A stretch of DNA of 64,000 bases from Hormiphora californensis (Eukaryota > Animalia > Ctenophora). This document shows, piece by piece, positions 11,169 through 24,069 of this stretch (within the stretch, counting starts at the first letter, position 1; every line of letters starts with the position of its first letter). Under the pieces are notes generated by a model. It was not told the origin of the DNA, did not search any database, and saw nothing but the letters and a program-made list of their open reading frames with translations. The translations under genes were made by a program, and so were the position numbers. Where the stretch lies: contig CM035351.1 in NCBI GenBank assembly GCA_020137815.1, positions 2,480,001 to 2,544,000 on the forward strand. Direction: 5' to 3'.

Positions 11169-14100
11169 ATGGCCGAGTGGAGTGAGGATGATAACTTAGC
11201 ATCGACATCCACCGACAACCAACTCAACTCTAATGCACCTATCAACTGGTATGTGTGTAGGGAGCAGGGTAGAATGAAATGTAACAGCTTTACAGTACCA
11301 GCTTATAATATTTCATTGCCTTGCTCGACCCTCTCTCGCCTAATTGTAAAAGAGGGATAGAACTCAAGTATTTGATATTCAAATCTCTCAGGGACCCGTT
11401 TGATCTGGACTCAGGAAGCCAAATGTAAGTCCCTCTCTCAAATTACCCAATTGAATATTCCAGCAGGTCGGAAGAATCTCGACACCGAAATATATATGTA
11501 TTTCATATCTCTTGAAAACCTTTTTACACTGATTTTTCTAGAACTCTACCCTGCTATTACAGATTCAACCAAAACATGTTTTGCAGGTCAACGTACAGTG
11601 ATCCGTTTAGTATCAGTACACTGAAGACTGAGTTGGGTGAGCTACAGGAGGGAGGGAAACATCTAACTGAGGATAATCCCTCTGAAAGGTGTGTGTAGTC
11701 ATTAATCACGATTAGAGTTGTATTTCTCAAACATTTAACATTAACAGAAATCTTCAGTTTTGACCCCCCCCCCTACCCCTCTCTCCAGTTTTATTACCTG
11801 AAACACAACCTCTGATTGGTAACATTATCTTTTTTCAGGTTTTCATTTAACGTCTCGGCGACTCCTTCAATGCTAAGTAAAGAGAATGGAAGCATTGTGA
11901 CGTATTTCAACAAGGGACAGACGTACGAGATATCTCTTCAGTGTAAAACACCCTCCCACTATAAGGGATGTCATATTGAGGTGAGGATAATTGGTGTTTC
12001 TGACATGTTTCTACATTTTACACGACACACAGTATACTATAACACACATAAATCTATATCATATTCTAAAGTTACTAGTTAATATAACATATTGTATTGG
12101 CTAATTAAGTGCTAACATTTGTTTCTCAGTGTAACGTGTTACTGCGCCTCCAAGAGAAGAAGTTACAAGCTAAGGAGCAGATCATGTTCGATCAGTGGTA
12201 CAGTGAGAGCAACACCAGGCTCCTTGAAGCAGGTAATAGTGAGAGCAACACCAGGCTCCTTCAAGCAGGTAATAGTGAGAGCAACACCAGGCTCCTTGAA
12301 GCAGGTAATAGTGAGAGCAACACCAGGCTCCTTGAAGCAGGTAATAGTGAGAGCAACACCAGGCTCCTTGAAGCAGGTAATAGTGAGAGCAACACCAGAC
12401 TCCTTGAAGCAGGTAACAGTGAGAGCAACACCAGACTCCTTGAAGCAGGTAATAGTGAGAGCAACACCAGACTCCTTGAAGCAGGTAATAGTGAGAGCAA
12501 CACCAGGCTCCTTGAAGCAGGTAACAGTGAGAGCAACACCAGGCTCCTTGAAGCAGGTAACAGTGAGAGCAACACCAGACTCCTTGAAGCAGGTAATAGT
12601 GAGAGCAACACCAGACTCCTTGAAGCAGGTAATAGTGAGAGCAACACCAGACTCCTTGAAGCAGGTAATAGTGAGAGCAACACCAGACTCCTTGAAGCAG
12701 GTAATAGTGAGAGCAACACCAGGCTCCTTGAAGCAGGTAATAGTGAGAGCAACACCAGACTCCTTGAAGCAGGTAATAGTGAGAGCAACACCAGACTCCT
12801 TGAAGCAGGTAATAGTGAGAGCAACACCAGGCTCCTTGAAGCAGGTAATAGTTAGAGCAACACCAGACTCCTTGAAGCAGGTAACACTCTGAACAGTGAA
12901 GTGTGAACACTGTTTAATTTGCTTGCGAATACTATGTCTGGAAGATGACCCCGGACCCGCCCGAATGTGAGACAGCCGCACGCAACAAGGCCACCCACCA
13001 ATCGATTTAGTATAGGTTCTTGGATAACTAACATGTCTCTTATTCTCCCTCAGATTGTCAGTCGTGTGTAAACACAGAATCAATAATAAACGACACCCTG
13101 AATCCTAACAGTGTTCATGTAGTATGGGATCCCAATAAAACCTGTACATTCTTTGTCAAGGTAAATCATTTTCCAGAAATCCTCTAACAGATTGGTCCTT
13201 TATTGATATTTTTAGTGATACCCACTTCATAATCATTAGGATATAATATTTAATAAGTCTCTAACACCCCCCCCCTCCCCCAGGTTCACTGTCTCAGTGG
13301 TGACTTCACAAAGAGAAAACACAGCGGAGAGAAAGGGGTCCCGTTCCTGTTTTGCGTTGATACATATCTTCACATGGCGGACAAGGCCAGTAAATACATG
13401 TGTACTTCAGCGTGTGTGTTAAAAATATTCCAGGTAATGCGAGTTCTAGGAATTATGTAGGGATTCGATTCTTGGTTTATGTAGGGATTCGATTCTTGGT
13501 TTTTCTAGAATTTATTTGGGGTGTATCAGATAGGTTTCCGTTATATTATTGTCAGTTTGTGTGTCCGTAATTGGCAGAGTGTGAGTGTACCGGTACATGT
13601 ATTATTATCACGCGGCCTTTCAGAGCAAAGGGGCAGAAAGGAAACACAGAAATGACGCGAAACAAATCCAAAAGCTCTCACAACAAGAAAAGGTACCTAC
13701 ATAATCATTATATTTTATTTCTGGCTAGAATCCAAATATTTACTCTCTAAATCAAGGCACCCTCCATCACAAATATTATGTGGTATTTGAGTGATTTAAT
13801 TAACTGAATTCCTTTATCAGGACCAGCTAATACGACCATCAGAAGTTACCAATCTTAAACCTGTAAGTAACAATAACGATCGATATTTCTTGCTCTGAGC
13901 TCTCTCTTTCCCCCTCTCTCTCTCTCTCTCTCTCTCTTTCCCTCTTTCTCTCTCTAATACAACTTAGTACACATTCCCTCCCTTTATATATTAACTCCTC
14001 CTCCCTCAGATAGTAAGGACGTTCAACAAGCCAGGGTGTAGCTACAGTGACGCCTACAACAGCTCCGGATATTGTGCGGACAACTCCAAACTTTCAGACT

Positions 14101-14834
14101 GGTACGCGCCCCGACAGACAACATGGGGTTGTGGCGCGAGATAGCGCGCATAATGGGGGCGCGCAACTCTCTCAAAGCAACAAAACCTGTTTCACGTGCC
14201 TGACAAGGACACAAAAAAATTACAAACCTGAACCACAAACAAACAATATTGGCATGTGATTCTAACGGTTTGTTTATGTTTCAGTTACTCCGATCCGGAC
14301 AATGAGGTGTCATCCCCCAAGAAACCATGTATTGGAGAATCTCGAGATGTGTGGAGTCTCACATCTCGCTCCTCTGTCCACGATACCCTACGATGGTTGA
14401 GGACAAACCGGTTCAATACCTATCTTTCAACATTCAACGAATACGCAGGCTCAGATCTCCTGCGGCTATCTCGGAATGATTTGAAGGATCTCATAGGAGT
14501 GACGGACGGAATCCGACTCCATAACGCCCTACAAAACAGAGTGCTGGCAAGCAGTATCTGCTTGTATGTGTTGTTCGAGGGGAATTGTACCCCTTCAAAT
14601 GTCTACCAAGCGATATACCTGGAGACACTTACATATCGTGAACTAATGAGCAAACTATGTAGCACATTCAATATTGACCCAAATACTATTGTTGGAATTC
14701 AGAAGAGTGGGCCGAGTGGAATTAACATTGCAGTGACAGATGATGTAGTCCGACACTTGGCGAACGATGCATGCTTTGTTTTTACCCTTTTGAATACTGA
14801 CCGAGCTGAATTGTCTATAATTCATCTTAAATAA
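11169..14834 (+). CDS. TFCP2: LSF/TFCP2 (CP2-family) transcription factor, 10 exons: 11169-11248, 11587-11688, 11839-11980, 12130-12232, 13054-13160, 13284-13433, 13624-13692, 13821-13862, 14010-14101, 14285-14834
   Basis: TYFNKGQTYEI, WDPNK, VHCLSGDFTKRKHSGEKGVPF and KGAERK of the CP2 domain, plus a SAM domain (WLRTNRF...GSDLLRLSRNDL...DGIRLHNAL) and GPSGI..VTDDVV tail typical of LSF rather than Grainyhead. Exon phases are consistent. Confidence 0.9.
12202..12885 (+). repeat. 19 x 36-bp tandem repeat agtgagagcaacaccagRctccttgaagcag|gtaaY spanning the exon 4 donor
   Basis: 684 bp = 19 x 36; near-identical units encoding SESNTRLLEAGN. Confidence 0.97.
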
Positions 14835-16157
14835 ATAAACTTTTCCAGACCACCCCCTTATTTGACGTGTTTATGTTTTTGTTTGTGTGGGGTTTTGGAA
14901 TGGAAATTCAGAATGAATAGGTGGTAAACAAGTTTGCTATATATGACAAGGCCCAAAGGTCATATCCATCTTCTCTGCATCGTTCTAAATCTAAGTAATT
15001 GTATTAGACGAACTGCTGGGCAGGGACAGCCCTGTAGAATAAGAGCTCCACTTCGTAGTACGCACCAAACTTTTAAAAGAGAAAAATACATGTTTGGGTG
15101 TTTAAAAACATGGACAATAATAAACCCTGTCCAATCGTGGTTACCAATTGGCGTTTAGTAAAAATACTGTTCATGCTATGGCTAGATGTGATCTCTAATT
15201 GTTGTGCGATGGGTACTAGAGGCCAATTGGTATCAGAAATGATTGACTGGGCTCAAATCTACCAAAAATCTAGCGTGATCAGCATTGTATAATAATTGGC
15301 CGGGTAAGCCCTCAGCATTCAGCTCCTATACATTGTAAACTGTAACATTCACACACGCCACTAGCCAGTGGCAGAATTTATGTCCAAAACTAAAATAATT
15401 TAAGCAGTATTGCAGTGCTTAGTTTAGCATTTCTGATCTCAAACAAGATGAAGAATATTTCCCAACTTATTTATTTCTCAACCATTTTCCTCTGTAACTA
15501 CACAATTTTATCTCCCCATCCTCACTTAGCTATTTCTCGAGGATTGTATCGATTTAATCCTGTCTCTCAACTCGTCTATATATTATGTAATTCTGAATTG
15601 AGAATTCTGACTCTAAATACAATAGAGTTGCTGCCCACGAAGAGGAAATCCACGATTTAAACTTTCCTCGCAGAAATAAATCTGTCATCCTTCATCAAGG
15701 ATTAACCTCGTGCTTTTCAATAAAACTCCTGCAATGATGTCATGCGATGAGAAGTTCAGATATTGACAATTTTATTTTATATTGGTAATAATGGGGAGGT
15801 GGGGAGGGAGTAAAATAATGATCATGCAATGCATGATCATTATTTTACTGCATGATGCATGATCTACGGAGGTGCGGCCACACCCAAGTTTAGTTCAAAT
15901 AAGGCAGCTTACCAAAAGTCTGATTGAAGGATGGGTTGTGACTTCTCTTGAAACCGAAATAAAGAGCTGTAGTCACCTGAAAGTTAAACTGTGACAGCTT
16001 AGATAACTGTATATGGTCTAGAATCTAGATACAGCTAAATTATTTATTTGGGAGAGAGCAGATGAGCATTTTCGAAAAAAACCAACCGTGAAATCTCTCA
16101 CAATGTGCCTGGCGGCGCCGATTCGATCTGGACGCACTGTCAAGACGAGGTGTGCAG

Positions 16158-16213
16158 CTTGGTGACATAGACACCTGGCGCGACCCCCGCACACAGATGT
16201 CTATGTCACCAAG
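16158..16213. mobile_element. 56-bp hairpin (mini-MITE-like) in the Gli 3' UTR
   Basis: 20-bp arms with 1 mismatch (cttggtgacatagacacctg/cagatgtctatgtcaccaag), flanked by the 8-bp direct repeat gtgtgcag. Confidence 0.6.
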
Positions 16214-16254
16214 GTGTGCAGCACCGCCAGACAGCTCACAATCACGGTTGTCAG

Positions 16255-19200
16255 CTAATTGATACCTGATTTGGAGACATCTAGATCAGTGTATACATTA
16301 GCTGGATCGATGGATGTCAATGACTTCCTCGCTACAGCTGTGGCTACCTCCATGTCAACCAAAGCTGGTCCTATCGGGGTTTGTTGTTGCTCATGCGGCG
16401 ACTAGGGTAAAGAGTTAGTTAGGTGATATTATCTCTGTCAATATATTATCTAGAATATCATGTGACATCAGATTTCTTGTTATGTTCTAACCCTCCTTTA
16501 CATATTTTGTAAAGAGCGGAGCTCGCGAAAAGGGGGTCGAGCTAGGCAACAGATTTCATTGTTGGTCGCCCCCATATCTCACAGGGACGGGACATTGATG
16601 GGTTACCGAGTATGAAGGTTGCCTGGTGTGCTCCACACTTTGCAAAAACGTCTGGTGATGCTGGAAGGTGGGGGACTTTGTGGAAGGGGGCGGTGGAACG
16701 ATTTGGCGGTGTTTCTTCGGAATCTCCAGTTGCTCCAGGAGTTGTTCGCTAAAATAGGTATCAATCAATATTCTCAGTATCTTTGAAGGACCTCACAGGG
16801 AGACCCTAGATCCTAGAATCAATTTTATACCGGGAAATCTTAATATTTAAAACAGGGAGAAGGGGTATTATTATAATAGGGATATAGGAGAGGGAGACAT
16901 GGAGGCGCTTCCACGTGACATTGATAGTTTTAACCTGTTATACATGGGGGCAGCATGATCAGCAAGACACATGGGGACTGGGAGGGAGACAGCTAATTTG
17001 GATTGGCTTCCTCAACTGCCCTGACTTCGCAATAATGCCCCTGAAAATGAGGGACATATATTCTACGAAAGATGCTACAACTTGAATTGTCAAGCGACGT
17101 ATTATATGGGCAGCATTCGAAACTATTATTAGTTATTGCGTAAGGGGTTCGGATAAACCGACAACTAAATATCACTATTTAGTGATATAAACAGTTAAAA
17201 TATCGTCATTATTGTCACCTCAAGTAAGATCTTCATACTCCCTAGACCCGTGATCAGCTCTATCAGTCTCTTCCTTTCTGTCAGCACTAAACATGTAAGC
17301 AACATGAGCCCGGTACACAAAAGTACCACGTGTATACGTACTGTGAGATATAACTCTGACTTCCCCCAGTATAACGTCTCCTGGAGGGTGCTGGGGCAGA
17401 GACCCGGGATCTAACGACATGCGATCCTGATGCTACCGCGGCAGTGGGCCCGGGAGAAACGGGATCAGATACCGATGGACGTTCTGTAAATTACAGTGTC
17501 ATGATAGATTCATTCACTATTTTGACACATATTTGTAATGGACAATGGTAGATTCAGTCACACATATTACAACATAAAACTGCTGTATCTTCTAAACTCA
17601 CGTTGTGCTAGGATGTGGGTTAGTCCAGATCTCCTAGCTCGGCTGTTGCCACTGTTCAGCTCCAAGGGACCTGGATCACTCTGCCTCTTCTTCTTGTGAA
17701 CAGAGATGAGGTGTTTTCGAAGGGAGGACGGGTCTGTATACACCTTGTTACAGTTTGCTACAGTACAGTTGTACCTGCAGGTGTGTTACGTTTAGTTTTA
17801 TCTGCAGGTTCTATACAGGCATTGAAACATTTAACAGCAGTGGTCTAGTTTGTAACCGACCCTTCTTCAAGTATCCTGGTTAAAGAAGGGTATAGACTAT
17901 AGGGTGTAAACTAGACAGCAGGAAGTGGTTGGTGTAAGGGGGGCCCTGATGGGTCACATCAATTGTTTGCCGCCACAGCAGGGTTCACTGCATGGTAACG
18001 GCATGGCCGCAATTGTACAATTTCGGGGTTTTTGAAGTGTGTGTGCGTGACTGTGAGTTCAACAGTATCACAAGGTATAGGGGGGTGTGGTAGTGTGGGT
18101 TAGTGCCAAGTGGTGGAGTGATTGGCTAACAAGTTCACGATTGTTGCTGGCGATGATCACTACTGATGATATATATATTGATAAAGCGACGTTTTGCTGA
18201 ACAAAAAACCTAGCTTGCTCACATTTTCTTCCTAATGTGAGTTCTGTTTCTGTGTTTTGCTCTGTCTGACGGATTGTTGAAGCCCCTGCCGCACTCTGGA
18301 CATATGTAAGGCTTCTCTCCTGAAAGAAAAACCGCCCACAATTACCGAAGGTTGGTGTGTTAATTGAGATGTGAACTATTTTTTTTCGGGGTTAGTCTAT
18401 TTTTAGAAACAGATGTCATTCTGTTTGTACCTGTGTGTGTTCGGATGTGTGCTTTTAGATTTTCCATCCGTGAATAGGATTTGTCACAATCGGCATACTG
18501 AAGGAGAGAAAAGTAAAATAGAAAAATGTCTATAAACACTTCTTTAAGGCACCTAGGGTACGATTTGAAGCTGCATACTAGTAGCATGCAGCTTAAAATT
18601 CTCGTACCCTGTTTTATAAAGAATAAAGATGGTCTGATATGAGCTTGGGCAAGTCAATTTATATACCATTATAGAGAATGGTTAACTTACAGGACAAATG
18701 TGAGGTCTCTCCCCGGTATGACTCCGTACATGTGTAACAATCTGGTACTGAGCCGAGAAGGGTTTGTGGGCTCTGGAACACCCTGCCCAGAAGCACACGT
18801 ACTCGTTCTTATTTACCCATGCATCACTCTGGTAGAGAGGCAAAAGGGTATAAAGGGGGAAGGGCTGTGAGGGGGTTTTGTTATGGCATAATCATCTCCC
18901 ACCCCTCCGCTTCGGGGTAATAAGTGACAATTCAGATTTCTTGAGTAATTAGTTACTCAACAAATTCAGAACATGATAGTAGCCTGATATGTGTGTGGCC
19001 TTGTATCTTTGACATTTAAAAAAGAATCCCCTCTGATCCTTGATTCTCTATCTATGGGACATGGGTGTATTAGGAAAGGAGATAACTTGAACTTATTAAT
19101 TGAAATGCATGTCCCCTTTGTGTGTGGCCTGGTAACGAACGATAATATCTTTGACATTTCACTTAATGAATTCAAGTTATTTCTTTTCCTAATATGCACC

Positions 19201-21342
19201 CATAGATGGAGAATAAAGTATCAGAGATATCCCAACTCGTTGACTCCCACGATGACAGATTGATAGACTGGAAAATAGTGTGTTCGAACCATTCTATAAT
19301 CACCCCCGTTTCCTTATATAACTTGAACCCCTTTCTTTGATCTACCGAACCCTCACAATGAAATGACATTTAACATAATCTGACTACGAAGGAGCAACAA
19401 AAAGTTTAACCCAGGAACCGACCGAATCAGGAAATACTGGTCCCTGATTGGCTGATAACCAGTCACGTGACATTAATAACGAGTTCTGATTGGTTGTTTA
19501 CTTGTTTCGGTCGGTTCCTGGTAAAACCTGTATGTGAGTACTCGAGATATGCTCCACAAGATCAGGGAGGGTGTTACCCTCAAATCTGCACTCTCCGTTC
19601 TTCCACTGACACACATGACTGCGAGTTGGACTTCGTATTGGGGCACTGAAATTATATATTGATCAGTCACAGCGGGAGTGGTTTGGGCACAAAGCAGCAA
19701 ACCATAAATTAACACAAGGTGTGTGCCCAAAATGTGGGGAAAACTACTAAACTAGCAAGCTGTTGCACCCCTCTAAAAATATATGGTTTAGAAAAAAAAC
19801 CTAAAAATTATAAGTTTTTGGTTTTGTCGAATGTGCGAGTGAAGCAACTTTAGTGTGGGTGATTCAGGGGTAAAACAACTTTATTGTGGGTGCCGGGTGG
19901 TTTATGGTGAAGCAACTATAGTGAGGCCTGTATATCGACTCTTACTTATCAAGTAGATCATGGGAGGGAGATGAGACGGGAGAATGGTCCAGATTGATAT
20001 TTTTGAAGCTGCTGACAATCATCCTATTGGTAGTGGAAGGGGTAGGAGAGAGGGCAGTAGTATCTGTTGACATCATGTACACCGGGTTCATCGGAGTAGT
20101 CTGAAAGTCCGCGTAGGGACCTGTCACAAAGAGAAAATAATGGATTTTTCAAAAGTCAAAACGGTCTGTTTCATTTTTTGGTACTCGGGTGGGTTTGAAA
20201 TACACAAGGAATTATATTTTTACAAGGGATAAACACTGAGACTAGACTATTAGACTAAATAAAATTGGAGACATGCTGATATTTTCAAATGGACTTACTG
20301 ATGGTGACGTGTAGTTGTGGATAGAGGGGGTGAAGTCCGGCAGATGGTGTGGACTGGTAGGGTTCGTTGCTGCTTAATTTCCGCCTAACTGGACTGTCCT
20401 GTTGCTGCTGATAGCAGTTCCTGTGCTCAGATACACTCCTTTGTCTTGTGGCTCCTGCTGCTCCAGAGGGCAACACCCACCCTACTTGCTGGGACTGAAA
20501 CAAGGTGATAGCTGTCAAATGTGGTGACAGCTGTCAAAATCAGTATTCTAAAGATGAAAATTGAGAAAAAGAGCGTTTGTAGTAGCTACAGCTTCGTAGT
20601 TTGGATAACACCTGAGTGAGTAAGAACACAACGTGTTGTTACGTGCAGTGTCACATGATATCTTACCGGAATGTCGGAGCAAGATTGGGAGCCGGAGATA
20701 TAAACCGGAGATCTGAGATCCTGTCTACCACGGTATGAAGACTGCTGATCCGAGGAGGTGGCAATAAACTGGTGGAGACTGGATGTGCTACTAGCTGACT
20801 GGAGGTATGATGTATACGTGTCTTTACACGGGATCTCTGGTATACTCCTGCTGAATAATCTGCATGTGTTTTGTGCTATTAAGTCATGGAAATGTTGTCA
20901 AAAACAGCCCGAACCTATATATTTTGTTCAGCTGAGAGGTGCAACTATATAGGGAGCTGCCGTCTGACAAAGTGACATCTCCCTGGTTTTAGCCCGGCGG
21001 TGCATCAAGTAAAGAGCTGCAAAACGGTACAATATCACATAACTGGGTCACGTGCTAACTTACAAGTCGGTGATGGACGTCAAGTTCATTATATGATCTC
21101 CTGGGGCCTGTTCGGTAAACAGCTGATGCTGGTGATGAGGTACTGGTTCCTGGGGATGTAAAACTAGAACCGAGAGAATAGTGCACAAAATTATAAACGG
21201 AAGTTCAAATCAAAGAAATGAGAAAAAGTAAAGAAGATAGCGTTGAAGGGGATTATTCCTTGTTTAGCGTGCCCGCATATAACCGTCCTTGCTCTTTGAA
21301 GCGTCCCGTATAGAGAGGAAGAGAGAGAGGAAGAGAGAGAGA

Positions 21343-21425
<83 letters not shown>

Positions 21426-21581
21426 CACCACTTGCAATATTCATAGAGCAAAAATAAAGATTGTGGAAAATGTGACAGATTCGTTTAATTTGAAATGATC
21501 CAGGATCGACGATCGTTGTCAAAAATGTATCGAGGTCTCTTGGCTTTTCACTCTCTCTTCTCTCTCTCTCTCTCTCTCTCT

Positions 21582-21626
<45 letters not shown>

Positions 21627-21854
21627 TTCTCTCTCTCTCTCTCTCTTTCTCTTCTTCTTCTCTCTCTTTCCCTCTTTCCCGGCAATGCTGACGTATGAAA
21701 GACAGCGATCAAAAGCTCAGCTCTTTATTTCTCCCATATATTGCCAGGTCAATGCCCTGACAGCCCAAGTACTGATTTGATGTTGGGTTTATCTTACCAT
21801 GGAAACAACTGACACTATCGGGTACTGTTCCGCGGCTGTTGAGGAATTGTACAT
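16255..21854 (-). CDS. GLI: Gli C2H2 zinc-finger transcription factor, multi-exon; ZF exons ~19528-19646, 18690-18830, 18431-18497, 18223-18319, 17622-17774; terminal exons tentative
   Basis: [19 protein letters not shown]; [34 protein letters not shown]; [24 protein letters not shown]; [15 protein letters not shown]; [22 protein letters not shown] and H.NRTH favour Gli over Glis or Zic. Confidence 0.88.
19411..19521. mobile_element. ~110-bp palindromic MITE-like repeat (second, left-truncated copy at ~39333-39421)
   Basis: 16-bp TIR ccaggaaccgaccgaa; core ctgattggctgataaccagtcacgtgac...tgattggttgtttacttgtttc is shared by both copies. Confidence 0.85.
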
Positions 21855-22389
21855 GACCTAGATAGCAAACAAATGGTATGTGACACGTGATTAGAGCTAA
21901 TGTCACGTGATCTCTATCTCACACAACACAATAGTATAACGCTAACAAGAAATAACTCTATTTGATGCAACTCGAGATCTATTATGTCACAACTACCTCA
22001 TTGTGGGTTCAGGCAACAGTATAGTCCACTAAAAAGCAGTTCACTACTGTGTGCTTGTTATGCCTCAAGATATGCGGCGGCGGGGTATCGACCCACTAGA
22101 CAATGAAGCGCCAGGTTGCTTGTTAGACAGCACTGGACTAGTTGCGGAGGTGGTGGAGGCAGGGGGTTATAAACAACACCATTGGGGCTGGCGCACAACT
22201 TCAAACTATTTGTTATTATCATGGTGTTGCGACCCACTGTCATTCCGTGTTCTGAGCTGTCCGAACTAGCTTTAGATTGCAAGAAACTTCCCCAGCCTCA
22301 CCACCAAGTATCCAGGTCGTTTAGATCTGTTAGTGAGGATTACTGGACCCGCTTGAAAGGTGATTATACAATTTAGTTTGCATGATAGA

Positions 22390-23820
22390 ATCACTGCGCT
22401 GGCAAGCGCAAAGGTGACCCCATCCATCCCCCGAAAAAAAATTCCCCCAAAAACGGCCCGCTTGCTCACAGCGTATATATAGTTATTTCATACTTTTAGC
22501 CCATTTTGGCACTTTTTGACATGCCATAACTCCCGAACCGGAAGAGCTAGGAAGCTGAAATTTTGTACTTAGAAGCTTCTTGTAGACCTCTATCGATGGT
22601 AAAAATTTCAAGTGGCTAGCTCTTTTTGTTCAAAAGTTATAACACCACCCCCAAAACAGAAAATTCAGTGTGGGGATAACTAGGTTGATACATCACTGCG
22701 CTGGCAAGCGCAAAGGTGACCCCATCCATCCCCCGAAAAAAATTTCCCCCAAATACGGCCCGCTTGCTCACAGCGTATATATAGTTATTTCATACTTTCA
22801 GCCCATTTTGGCACTTTTTGACATGTCATAACTCCCGAACCGGAAGAGCTAGGAAGCTGAAATTTTGTACTTAGAAGCTTCTTGTAGACCTCTATCGATG
22901 GTAAAAATTTCAAGTGGCTAGCTCTTTTTGTTCAAAAGTTATAACACCACCCCCAAAACAGAAAATTCAGTGTGGGGATAACTAGGTTGATACATAGATA
23001 GATAGATAGATAGATGTATAGACGCTTTGTTACCTTCCGTTTGGTCCCAGTTTGAGACGACCAGACTGTACGCCTTAAACCAAGCGGCTTCGACAGATAA
23101 TGTCCGTGCATGTACCCCATCTGGGTGGCGACTCTCCATCTCTACCTATGATCGCGCGCAATGACGTCAGAGTGACGTCATTGCGTGAGACCGACTAACT
23201 TTTTTCAAACGCCTCTAGCACCCTGAAGACGTGTTTCCGATTTCTGATTTGACGAAAAATCGTTACCGGCAAATTGTCTGAACTTTCAGATACTATATAG
23301 CGATTTTCGTAGCTTATCATTTTGAGCCCTTAAATCGCGTCGGAAGTCGAAATTTGACGAAAAACTCAAATTGAATTTTTTTCGAGTAAAAACTCCCTTT
23401 CCTGACCACTGTGGTCAATGAAACTTACAAGCTTCTTTGGGTATTGATTCAAAAATATATGTGATGCAATTACGTCGTTATGACGTCACTAATTACGTCA
23501 AATGACGTTCTTTATGACGTCTAAAACGATTTTCGACAATATATACATCATTAAATAATGTCTGCTGCTGCGATTAGAAACCAAAAAGGGACTACAAATT
23601 AAGCCAAAAAACTAATTGAAATTAGTTGGCGGGAAAGGTGACCCACTTACAACTTTGCCTGCCTGGCCGGGATCGGATGGAATAAGACAGTAAACTGTTT
23701 AGGAGTTGGAGTAGTGAGAGATTAGAGAGAGGAGAAGATAGCCTTGTGCTGAGAGATAGACCGTAAGGATGGAGGAGAGTGCGCAGAGAGAGCGAGCGAG
23801 AAGAGAGCAGCTAGAGAGAG

Positions 23821-23853
<33 letters not shown>

Positions 23854-23877
23854 GCTTCTCTCTCTCTCGCTTCTCTG

Positions 23878-23927
<50 letters not shown>

Positions 23928-24018
23928 GTCTCTCTTCTCTCTCTCTCTCTCTCGGTCTCTCTCTCTCTCTCTCGCGCTCTCTCTCTCACTCTCTCTCTCT
24001 CTCTCTCTTACTAGCTCT

Positions 24019-24069
<51 letters not shown>

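Noticed and set aside
12202-12885. CRISPR-like 36-bp repeat
   Set aside because: No spacers, eukaryotic context, and no cas genes.
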